The translations under genes were made by a program, and so were the position numbers. Under the pieces are notes generated by a model. It searched no databases and was not told the origin of the DNA. It worked only from the letters and a program-made list of their open reading frames with translations. A stretch of DNA of 64,000 bases from Bacillales bacterium UBA5603 (lineage in GTDB: Bacteria > Bacillota_I > Bacilli_A > Izemoplasmatales > Hujiaoplasmataceae). The DNA is taken from NCBI GenBank assembly GCA_002424815.1, contig DILB01000005.1:9748-73747 (forward strand), given 5' to 3'. Shown piece after piece: positions 47,009-55,420 of this stretch (position 1 is the first letter of the stretch; every line of letters starts with the position of its first letter).

Positions 47009-49021
47009 ATGATTATTGAAATGTTAAGGAATTCTGTCTTGCTATTTGCGCTCATCTTCATTTATGGCGCAATGAATTTTCGACCCAATGAACCGAAACT
47101 ATTGAAAAATATCATTGCCGGCCTCCTGATCGCTTTTTTTACAATTGCGATTATGATGAATCCCTGGTTTTATGATACGCTCGGAGAAACGAAGATTTTT
47201 TACGATACACGTAGTGTCATTCTCAGTGTCGCCGGCGCCTTCTTTAGTCCTATTGCGACGCTTATAGCCATTATTGCGGCTTCGTCATATCGCATCTATG
47301 TTGGCGGAATCGGTGCAATTGCCGGCGTTTTATCCATCGTAACATCAGGTGGAATAGGCATTTTATGGCGCTATTTAAGACGCAATTTACGTCCTAAATT
47401 ACCAATCTATGTTGAGTTTTTTCTAATTGGATTAATTGTTCATATCATTGTCATTTTGTGTCAATTGGCTCTTCCTTGGCCCGTTTCAGGTCAAGTCATC
47501 AGTAGTATCGCCTTACCCTATTTGACGTTGTATCCTTTTGTTACGGCAATCATGGCAGTTTCAATCCAAAATCAAATTGACCGTTTAGATGCTTCAGAAA
47601 AATTAAGAAAATCGAAAGTTTTATTACAAGCGTCCTTGGAAAGTCCACAAAATCTAATCATGTGTTCCATCGATCATAACTTTAATTATTTAGCTTTCAA
47701 TCAAAGCCATATTGATTTTTTAGATAAAGAGTTTGGAACCAATGTTCTTGAAGAGAAAAACTTCCTTATCGGCCTCGGTAATCAACCTGACTTGGTTGAT
47801 AAAATGCGAGGTGTCTTCAATGATGTTTTAAAGGGGCAGTCCCTCCATTTAGAATATCGATGCAGAAAATGTTTGACGCACAAAATTTTAGATGTTGCCT
47901 TAAATCCAATTCGCGATGATCATCATAAGATTATCGGAATTTCAATGTTTGGCCAAGATATTACCGAAGACCGCCGCAGAGAAGAAGAAATTCTTCACAT
48001 AAGCTATCATGATTTTTTAACAGGATTATACAATCGACGTTTTTTAAGTGAATACATAAATCAATTAAATGATACTTTACTACCCATGACTTTTGTGATT
48101 GCGGATATCAATGGATTAAAATTAGCCAATGATGCTTTTGGTCATTATTATGGCGATGATATCATTGTAAATGTTGCAAAAACATTATCTAATGGATTTA
48201 GATCTCAGGATGTATTATGTCGATCAGGTGGCGATGAATTTATTATCGCCATGCCAAACACGGACCGCGATCAAGCTTTAAAACTCATTGAACTAATTAA
48301 AAACGAATTTAACTCAATGAGTAATGGCGGCTTATCAGTTTCTGTCTCATTTGGTGTCGATACAATGAATCAATTAGGCAACGTTGTAGCAAGTATGAAA
48401 CAAGCTGAAATTGAAATGTATCGGAATAAATTGTTTGAATCAACCTCTGATCGTTCTGAAACAATCAAAGCTATTTTGAGCACTTTGTATGTGAAAAATC
48501 CTCGTGAAGAAAGTCATTCGCGCCGTGTGAGTGATTTATGCGCCTTAATGGGAGAAAAATTAAAAATGGGGGTGGATGCCATTAAACAATTACGGGTGAT
48601 TGGTAATCTTCATGACATCGGTAAAATCGCCATTGACGAAACCATTTTGAATAAGCCTGGGAAATTATCAAAAGAAGAATGGATTCAAATTAAAAGACAT
48701 CCAGAAATTGGTTATCGAATCTTGGCTGCCTCTACAGATTACGCTGAAATGGCAGAAGATATCTTATGTCATCACGAACGATGGGATGGAACGGGGTATC
48801 CTAAAGAGATTAAAGGTGAAACGATTCCGCTTCGAGCAAGAATCATTGCTTTAGCTGATGCTTATGATGCGATGACGGAAAAAAGAACGTATCGACCTTC
48901 GCTTTCTAAAGAAGAAGCGATTCAAGAAATCGAAAAATATGCGGGGACTCAATTTGATCCGACATTATCGCTTTTATTTATTGAAATGATAAAAACTGAA
49001 CTTCATGAATTAAGTCGCTGA
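47009..49021 (+). CDS. Membrane-anchored bifunctional c-di-GMP protein: multi-TM sensor, PAS, GGDEF diguanylate cyclase, HD-GYP phosphodiesterase
   Basis: About 6 N-terminal TM helices. 'RSGGDEF' intact GGDEF motif. 'HDIGK' and 'HHERWDGTGYP' HD-GYP signatures. RBS GAGGAA. Terminator at 49048-49080. Confidence 0.8.
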   Translation: MIIEMLRNSVLLFALIFIYGAMNFRPNEPKLLKNIIAGLLIAFFTIAIMMNPWFYDTLGETKIFYDTRSVILSVAGAFFSPIATLIAIIAASSYRIYVGGIGAIAGVLSIVTSGGIGILWRYLRRNLRPKLPIYVEFFLIGLIVHIIVILCQLALPWPVSGQVISSIALPYLTLYPFVTAIMAVSIQNQIDRLDASEKLRKSKVLLQASLESPQNLIMCSIDHNFNYLAFNQSHIDFLDKEFGTNVLEEKNFLIGLGNQPDLVDKMRGVFNDVLKGQSLHLEYRCRKCLTHKILDVALNPIRDDHHKIIGISMFGQDITEDRRREEEILHISYHDFLTGLYNRRFLSEYINQLNDTLLPMTFVIADINGLKLANDAFGHYYGDDIIVNVAKTLSNGFRSQDVLCRSGGDEFIIAMPNTDRDQALKLIELIKNEFNSMSNGGLSVSVSFGVDTMNQLGNVVASMKQAEIEMYRNKLFESTSDRSETIKAILSTLYVKNPREESHSRRVSDLCALMGEKLKMGVDAIKQLRVIGNLHDIGKIAIDETILNKPGKLSKEEWIQIKRHPEIGYRILAASTDYAEMAEDILCHHERWDGTGYPKEIKGETIPLRARIIALADAYDAMTEKRTYRPSLSKEEAIQEIEKYAGTQFDPTLSLLFIEMIKTELHELSR

Positions 49022-49047
49022 AATTTTTAAAAACCATTATTTTATTG

Positions 49048-49080
49048 GATGATTGGGTATGATACCAATCATCTTTTTTT
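49048..49080 (+). terminator. Rho-independent terminator
   Basis: GATGATTGG-GTATGATA-CCAATCATC followed by T7. Confidence 0.75.
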
Positions 49081-49336
49081 GTCATTTGTAATAAATAGCA
49101 TTAATATGGATTGCTAAAATATTAATTTTATAACGATTTTTGCTTTTTTATATGATAAACAGCCATTATTTTCTTGAAAAGTCATAGAAAAGATAGCCTA
49201 TAAGTGATATAATGACACATACAAAAATTATCATTTTTGCTTTGTCTCATAACACATATTCTGTAATTTTACCCCATCTCAAACGCACGCTTATTTTTTT
49301 TATCGGATGATGAAAGCGCTTTATAAGAGGTGAAGT

Positions 49337-49891
49337 ATGGCACAAGGGCTTATCCTCGCGGGTGGTTACTCCCGTCGCTTCGGAAATAACAAAATGTTAC
49401 ATATTATGAATGGTGAACCCATGATTATCCATGTGATAAAAGCGATGATACCTTGGGTATCACGCATTTTTGTGGTTACAGGTTATTATCATGATGATCT
49501 TGTGCAAACTTTAATAAATTACGATAAAGTGTCGATTGTTCATAATCCAAATTATGATTTAGGGATGTTTTCTTCAATTCAAGCTGGCGTATCATACCTA
49601 AGAGAAGATTTTTTTATTATTCCTGGCGATTATCCCTTCGTTAATTCGACTACTTACGGTTTGCTTTTGAGGGGTGAAGGCGATATTATCGGTCCTACTT
49701 ATCAAAACATTAAAGGACATCCGCTTTTGATCAAAGCAAGACTGATTGAGGCTTTAAAAAATGCACCTAAAGAGTCAAACTTGAAGGTTTTTCGTGATCA
49801 ATACAAGGTTCATTGGATTGAAACCGATGATGAAGGCATTTTAAAAGATATTGATACTATCAATGATCACTTCTCAACCATAAAAAATTAG
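49337..49891 (+). CDS. mocA: MobA-like nucleotidyltransferase (molybdenum cofactor cytidylyl/guanylyltransferase, MocA-type)
   Basis: 'LILAGGYSRRFGNNKML' matches the MobA/MocA GG.S.R.G motif. 184 aa. First gene of the hydroxylase island. RBS AGAGGTGA. Confidence 0.7.
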   Translation: MAQGLILAGGYSRRFGNNKMLHIMNGEPMIIHVIKAMIPWVSRIFVVTGYYHDDLVQTLINYDKVSIVHNPNYDLGMFSSIQAGVSYLREDFFIIPGDYPFVNSTTYGLLLRGEGDIIGPTYQNIKGHPLLIKARLIEALKNAPKESNLKVFRDQYKVHWIETDDEGILKDIDTINDHFSTIKN

Positions 49892-49906
49892 AAAGGAAAT
49901 GATACG

Positions 49907-50710
49907 ATGGATGTGTTACATTATGTTTTACCGAATTCCTTAGCAGAAGCTTATCAATTACTCCATGAAGATTTAAATAATCATGTGATTGGGGGAGGTG
50001 TTTGGATGAAGAATACTTTGAAATCCATCAACACCTTGATTGAATTAAAGCATTTAATTGGTGAAAAAATTGAAGTAACGCACGAAGTGATTAAGATTGA
50101 TGCTAATTGCCCATTAAGGCAACTGGAAATTCATCCGGTTATTAAAGATTTATACGACGGAATCATTTCGCAAAGCATTGAAAAAATCATGGGTGTTTCG
50201 ATTCGTAATGTCGCAACCATTGGTGGAACGGTGGTTGGCAAATATGCATTTTCTGATCTATTAGCAGCCCTTTTAGCGGTAGATGTCACGCTCGTATTTT
50301 TTAAACAAGGTCGAATGGAGCTATCTAAATATCTCGAGAGTCATGAAAAAAATCGCGATATATTAATATCCATTGAAATCCCGATTAAAAAGGGAACCGG
50401 TTATTTTCATAAAGTTTCAACGACTCATCTGGATTTTGCCATCCTTAATCTCGCAATCACTCAAATCGATCATCAATTTCGAATCGTGATTGGCGCGAGA
50501 CCGGGGATTGCTAGTTGTGCGAATCAAGCGATGGAACTGATTAATCATGCCAAAGAGATAGATGATACCCTCATCAATGAAGTTGCGGAATGCTGTGTAA
50601 AAGAGTTATCATTTGGTTCGAATTTTAGAGGCAGCGAAGAATATCGCATGACACTCGCAAAAGTTTATGTGGCTCGCGGATTATGGGAGGTGATTCATCA
50701 TGCTAGTTAA
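49907..50710 (+). CDS. Molybdenum hydroxylase medium (FAD-binding CoxM/XdhB-like) subunit, divergent
   Basis: CO_deh_flav fold by length and position. The usual 'AGGTDL' is 'IGGGVWM' here, and 'AT[IL]GGN' is 'ATIGGTVVG'. Confidence 0.6.
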   Translation: MDVLHYVLPNSLAEAYQLLHEDLNNHVIGGGVWMKNTLKSINTLIELKHLIGEKIEVTHEVIKIDANCPLRQLEIHPVIKDLYDGIISQSIEKIMGVSIRNVATIGGTVVGKYAFSDLLAALLAVDVTLVFFKQGRMELSKYLESHEKNRDILISIEIPIKKGTGYFHKVSTTHLDFAILNLAITQIDHQFRIVIGARPGIASCANQAMELINHAKEIDDTLINEVAECCVKELSFGSNFRGSEEYRMTLAKVYVARGLWEVIHHAS

Positions 50711-51152
50711 TCTCATTGTTAATGGACAACCCAGGTCCATTGAAGTTGCCAAAGGTGAATTTCTATTAGATACCTTACGACACTTAGATTATTTGTCAGT
50801 GAGAAGAGGATGCGATTCTTCAAGTTGCGGCGTCTGTACGGTATTAGTGAATGGCAAACCGACCCCATCATGTTCGCTCTTGACCGTACGGTTAGATCAA
50901 CAAGAAATCACAACCGTTGAAGGAATTGCAAAAGAAGCTGAAAAATTAGCAACCCATTTTGGACATGAGGGAGCGGATCAATGCGGATATTGTAATCCAT
51001 CGATGGCTTTGACTGTTTATGCGATGAAAAAGGAACTTAAAAAACCAACACTTGAGCAAATAAAAGCTTATCTCGTGGGAAACTTATGCCGTTGTACCGG
51101 CTATCAAGCTCAACATATTGCGATTCTTCATTATTTGGAGGACCAATCATGA
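50700..51152 (+). CDS. Molybdenum hydroxylase small [2Fe-2S]x2 subunit
   Basis: Plant-type 'CDSSSCGVC' and second-cluster 'CGYCNPSM...CRCTGYQA' motifs. Confidence 0.9.
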   Translation: MLVNLIVNGQPRSIEVAKGEFLLDTLRHLDYLSVRRGCDSSSCGVCTVLVNGKPTPSCSLLTVRLDQQEITTVEGIAKEAEKLATHFGHEGADQCGYCNPSMALTVYAMKKELKKPTLEQIKAYLVGNLCRCTGYQAQHIAILHYLEDQS

Positions 51153-53470
51153 AAGTTGTCAATCAATTAACCCCTTCCATCGATGGTAAGGGTCTGATGA
51201 TGGGTCGACACGGCTATACCGATGATTTTGCGGATAAAAATGCATTAATCATCAAAGTGATGCGAAGCCCTCATCCATATGCTCGAATTGTCAGTATCGA
51301 TGATGCAGAAGCCAAGAAACTACCTGGGGTTGAACTCATTCTTTCTTACAAAGATTTTGAACGTCGGCCGTTCACAAGAGCGGGACAAGGCTATCCTGAA
51401 CCTTCACCCCATGATAAATTTGTTTTTGATGAGTATGTTCGTTATATTGGCGATGAAGTCTTGTGTGTGGCTGCGGTTGATGAGGCCACAGCGAACAAAG
51501 CCTTAAAGTATATCAAAGTCGAATATGAAATATTAACGCCGATTCTTGATTTTGAGACTGCAAAACAACATTCAGTTATTATTCACCCCGAACCTGAAAT
51601 CCATGAGATGTTTCCCATTGGATTTAAACCTCTAGAAAATGTGGCAGCGAGTTATCATATGCACATCGGTGATGTGGAAAAATCCATTTCTGATTCAGAA
51701 GTGGTTATCAAAGAGTCATTTTACACACAAGCTCAAGCGCATTCGATGATGGAACCACATACGGTTAATAGTCGTTTTGATTATCAAAATCGATTGGTAC
51801 TTTATTCCTCAACGCAAACACCTTTCCATGTTCGAAGAATCATTTCACAAGCGCTTCAATTTCCTTTAAGTCGTATTCGCGTCATTAAACCACGTGTGGG
51901 TGGTGGCTTTGGTGGAAAACAAGCAATTCATGGCGAAATAATTTGTAGCGCTGTCTCAATCAGAACTGGAAAAGCTGCGAAACTGACTTATACGCGGAAA
52001 GAAGTTTATGAATCTTCTTATACCCGTCATCCGATGCGTTTGGATATCACTTTAGCAGCGATGAAGGACGGAACTTTAAAAGCTATTGATTGTTATGTCC
52101 TTTCCGATACCGGCGCATATGGTGAACACGCATTAACCGTCTTTATGGTGGCTGGATCAAAGGTTTTGCCACTATATAATAAAGTTGATTCGGTCCGTTT
52201 CTATGGTGATGTTGTCTATACCAACCATACACCTGCGGGTGCATTTCGTGGGTATGGAGCGATTCAGGGGAATTATGCTTTGGAATCTGCTGTGGATATT
52301 TTGTGTCAAAAGTTAGGCATGGATCCGATTCTTTTTCGTCAAAAAAACATGATTAAAGAGGGCGAGACTTCGCCAATATTTTCCATCATGGGCGAAGGTA
52401 CTGAAGGTACAGCCATGAACATGGATACATGTAAACTTGATTATTGTGTCAAACGTGGTATGGAATTAATCCATTGGAATCAAAAATACCCACGCACTCA
52501 AACCAAAAAAGATATTGTGGAAGGGTTGGGGATGGCGATAGCGATGCAAGGAAGTGGCATTCCTTATATCGATATGGGAGCCGCAACTATTAAACTTAAT
52601 GATGACGGTTTTTATAATTTGCTAGTCGGTGCTACGGAAATAGGACAAGGAAGCGACACCATCTTAGCTCAAATTGCCGCAGAAGCGTTAATGACTTCTG
52701 TTGATAAAGTCATTGTCTATTCCTCTGACTCTGATTTGACGCCTTTTGATGTCGGCGCTTATGCATCATCAACGACTTTTGTATCGGGAAATGCTGTTTT
52801 GAAAGCGGCAGAAACGATGAAACATCAATTAATCATTGAAAGCGCCAAAGCTTTAGGGAGTGAGTTTAAAGATATTGAATTTGATGGCGAAATATTCAAC
52901 GATTCAAAGCATCAGAAACAGATATCCTTAAAAGATTTATCAAATCGTTTATATTATAATCATGATCAAAAACAGTTGATGGTGACGGAAAGTTATGTTG
53001 GACACAAATCACCGCCGCCCTTCATGGCAGGTTTTGCGGATGTATCGGTTGATTTATTAACCGGCGAAGTGAAAGTCAATCATTATGTGAGTGTCGTTGA
53101 TTGTGGTGTGACGATTAATCCGAAATTAGCACAAGGACAAGTGGAAGGTGCAATTATTCAGGGAATGGGAATGACCTTATACGAAGATGTTATTTATACT
53201 AAAACTGGGAAATTAATCACCAATGATTTTATGTCTTACCGAATTCCTACGCGCATGGAAATTCCTTCAATGACGACGGAGTTCGCTGAAAGTTATGAAG
53301 AAAGCGGTCCTTTCGGAGCCAAATCTGTCGGTGAAATTGGCATTGATACACCGCCTGCAGCCATCTCAAATGCGATTTACAATGCTTGTGGTGTTCGCAT
53401 TACAAGTTTGCCGATTACCCCTGAAAAAATCCTCAAAGGATTAAAAAAATTAAAGGAGCATTCAATATGA
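51149..53470 (+). CDS. Molybdenum hydroxylase large molybdopterin-binding subunit (xanthine dehydrogenase/aldehyde oxidase family)
   Basis: 'RVGGGFGGKQ', 'PAGAFRGYG' and a catalytic-Glu context 'KSVGEIG'. Start at ATG 51149 (MKVVNQ) with RBS GGAGGA, overlapping the preceding stop. Confidence 0.85.
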   Translation: MKVVNQLTPSIDGKGLMMGRHGYTDDFADKNALIIKVMRSPHPYARIVSIDDAEAKKLPGVELILSYKDFERRPFTRAGQGYPEPSPHDKFVFDEYVRYIGDEVLCVAAVDEATANKALKYIKVEYEILTPILDFETAKQHSVIIHPEPEIHEMFPIGFKPLENVAASYHMHIGDVEKSISDSEVVIKESFYTQAQAHSMMEPHTVNSRFDYQNRLVLYSSTQTPFHVRRIISQALQFPLSRIRVIKPRVGGGFGGKQAIHGEIICSAVSIRTGKAAKLTYTRKEVYESSYTRHPMRLDITLAAMKDGTLKAIDCYVLSDTGAYGEHALTVFMVAGSKVLPLYNKVDSVRFYGDVVYTNHTPAGAFRGYGAIQGNYALESAVDILCQKLGMDPILFRQKNMIKEGETSPIFSIMGEGTEGTAMNMDTCKLDYCVKRGMELIHWNQKYPRTQTKKDIVEGLGMAIAMQGSGIPYIDMGAATIKLNDDGFYNLLVGATEIGQGSDTILAQIAAEALMTSVDKVIVYSSDSDLTPFDVGAYASSTTFVSGNAVLKAAETMKHQLIIESAKALGSEFKDIEFDGEIFNDSKHQKQISLKDLSNRLYYNHDQKQLMVTESYVGHKSPPPFMAGFADVSVDLLTGEVKVNHYVSVVDCGVTINPKLAQGQVEGAIIQGMGMTLYEDVIYTKTGKLITNDFMSYRIPTRMEIPSMTTEFAESYEESGPFGAKSVGEIGIDTPPAAISNAIYNACGVRITSLPITPEKILKGLKKLKEHSI

Positions 53471-54099
53471 AAAACAAAGGAATAAAATTTTGGAGCGTCA
53501 TTTTATTTTATGGATCCCTCTGGGGAATCGTCGAAGCGAGTGTCGGTTATGTTTTGCATTTCCTTCCAGCTTTGATTGCTGGAACGATTTTGTTTCCTTT
53601 TGCCTCAATCATGCTTTATAAAACTTATAAAGATACACAATCAAAAAGTGCCATGTTAGCGGTTGGAATTGTGGCTGCGGCCATCAAAGCACTCAATTTT
53701 TTGATGCCGATAGCCAATCCTTTCAAAGTCATCAACCCGATGGTCTCTATCGTTTTAGAAGCGTTGGTTGTCATGGCTTTTGTCACATTAGTGGCGAATG
53801 CAAAGTGGCCGGTTAAAATCAGCGCCATTCTAGTATCAAGTATTTTATGGCGTAGTCTTTATTTGGTTTATATGGCTGGGCAAATGCTTTTTACAGGTTA
53901 TGTGGCAACTCAAATTGCATCGGTAACGGCTATGATGGATTTCGTCTTAATCTCAGGATTATTATCTGGCGTTATGGCAAGTGTATTTATCGCGCCTTTT
54001 GTCTTGAACATCAGAAACAATCGGTTTAAATTGGCAACTTCACCGCTGGTATCGTTAGGAATGTTCGTCTTAGGAATTGTTTTGACTTTTGTTTTGTAA
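53467..54099 (+). CDS. Small 6-TM membrane protein embedded in the hydroxylase operon (possibly an ECF-transporter S-component-like substrate carrier)
   Basis: 210 aa, six hydrophobic helices. ATGA overlap with the Mo subunit. RBS AGGAGCA. Confidence 0.4.
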   Translation: MKNKGIKFWSVILFYGSLWGIVEASVGYVLHFLPALIAGTILFPFASIMLYKTYKDTQSKSAMLAVGIVAAAIKALNFLMPIANPFKVINPMVSIVLEALVVMAFVTLVANAKWPVKISAILVSSILWRSLYLVYMAGQMLFTGYVATQIASVTAMMDFVLISGLLSGVMASVFIAPFVLNIRNNRFKLATSPLVSLGMFVLGIVLTFVL

Positions 54100-54117
54100 A
54101 GGTAATGAAGTGACCTT

Positions 54118-54954
54118 ATGGAAAACATATACGAAGCAATCTTGTCATTTCAAGCGCGTGGTATTCCCGCCATGTTGGTCACCGTTGTGGAAAAGACGGG
54201 TGAAGGACCGGTTGAGGTGGGTAAAAAAATGGTTGTGGGCGAAAATTTAGAAGCTTACGGAACCGTGGGCGGCGGCGCGCTTGAATTTAATGCACGCGAA
54301 AGATGTAAAGATTTAATTTCAAGCAAAAAAAACCTTCTTGAAAAATATTTATTAGCCGAAGGCAAAGTGTATCCCGAAGCCACGACGTTACCGATGGCTT
54401 GTGGTGGAATGGTCACACTCTTTTATGAATACGTCGGGGCTAAAGAATACGTGACTTTGTTTGGTGCTGGACATGTCGGACAAGCGGTGGCCAAAGTTTT
54501 AAAAACGATGCCCTTTCACGTGACGGTCGTCGATGATCGTAAAGAAGTGATCGAAGTGTTTAAAAACGCTGATCAGAAATTCGCTTGCCCTTTTGTTCAA
54601 TTCATTGAAGAACAAGGGATTCGTCCGGATAGTTTTGTGGTCGTTTGTACGCCATCGCATCAATATGATTATCACGTTATTAACAAAATCATCGAATTAT
54701 CACTTAAACCCAAGTATATTGGAATGTTGTGTTCACCGATGAAACTGAATGATTATTTATCGAAAACCTATGAGTCATTCGGTAAAAATATTGATTTATC
54801 GCATTTTTATTCCCCCATCGGACTTGACCTTGGGGGTGGATCTCCCGCAGAGATTGCGGTTTCGATTGTTTCAGAGATTTTAGCCGTCAGTCATGGCAAA
54901 AAAAATCATCAACATATGAGGGAAACAACCCATGGTGTACCTCATTACTGGTAA
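54118..54954 (+). CDS. xdhC: XdhC/CoxI-family molybdenum-cofactor insertion accessory protein (YqeB-like)
   Basis: N-terminal XdhC_CoxI block 'ILSFQARGIPAMLVTVVEKTGEGPVEVGKKMVV...GTVGGGALE' and a C-terminal Rossmann region 'LFGAGHVGQAVAKVL'. Confidence 0.75.
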   Translation: MENIYEAILSFQARGIPAMLVTVVEKTGEGPVEVGKKMVVGENLEAYGTVGGGALEFNARERCKDLISSKKNLLEKYLLAEGKVYPEATTLPMACGGMVTLFYEYVGAKEYVTLFGAGHVGQAVAKVLKTMPFHVTVVDDRKEVIEVFKNADQKFACPFVQFIEEQGIRPDSFVVVCTPSHQYDYHVINKIIELSLKPKYIGMLCSPMKLNDYLSKTYESFGKNIDLSHFYSPIGLDLGGGSPAEIAVSIVSEILAVSHGKKNHQHMRETTHGVPHYW

Positions 54955-55408
54955 AATCCATAGTGGAAAAACCACGACGATGCTTTCGCTTTATAACCAA
55001 CATCATCTCGGTGATGGATTTGTCGCTTTGAAGAAGATGGATAAGGAAAAAATCGTTGGTTTCGATTGCCTACATTTATCAACACAAAAGATTTTTCCTT
55101 ATGCAATTCATGATTATTATTATAATAATCAGTTTCAAACAACGACGATTTTAGGTCCTTATCATTTTAACGAAGATACTTTATTGATGATTGAAAAGAC
55201 CTTTGATGAATTAATATCTTTAAACATCTCTCCTTTGTATTTAGATGAAGTGGGACAATTAGAACTCAATAATCAAGGGAATGCTAAAATTTTGCAAAAA
55301 CTTATCGATCATCATTGTGAGTTATATTTAAGTATTCGCGAAGAATTCATTGAAAAATTTGTGCAAAAATATCATCTGAACGAATATCAAATCATTGCCA
55401 GCCTTTAA
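54932..55408 (+). CDS. P-loop NTPase accessory protein (MobB/YqeC/DUF2478-like)
   Basis: Walker A 'GKIHSGKTT' at the N-terminus. 158 aa. Overlaps the xdhC-like gene by 23 nt. Confidence 0.5.
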   Translation: MVYLITGKIHSGKTTTMLSLYNQHHLGDGFVALKKMDKEKIVGFDCLHLSTQKIFPYAIHDYYYNNQFQTTTILGPYHFNEDTLLMIEKTFDELISLNISPLYLDEVGQLELNNQGNAKILQKLIDHHCELYLSIREEFIEKFVQKYHLNEYQIIASL

Positions 55409-55420
55409 GGATGTGAGTGT

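Noticed and set aside
51086-51148. N-terminal extension of the Mo large subunit ORF (MPLYRLSSSTYCDSS...)
   Set aside because: It overlaps the C-terminus of the FeS subunit in another frame. The ATG at 51149, preceded by GGAGGA, gives the canonical MKVVNQ start.
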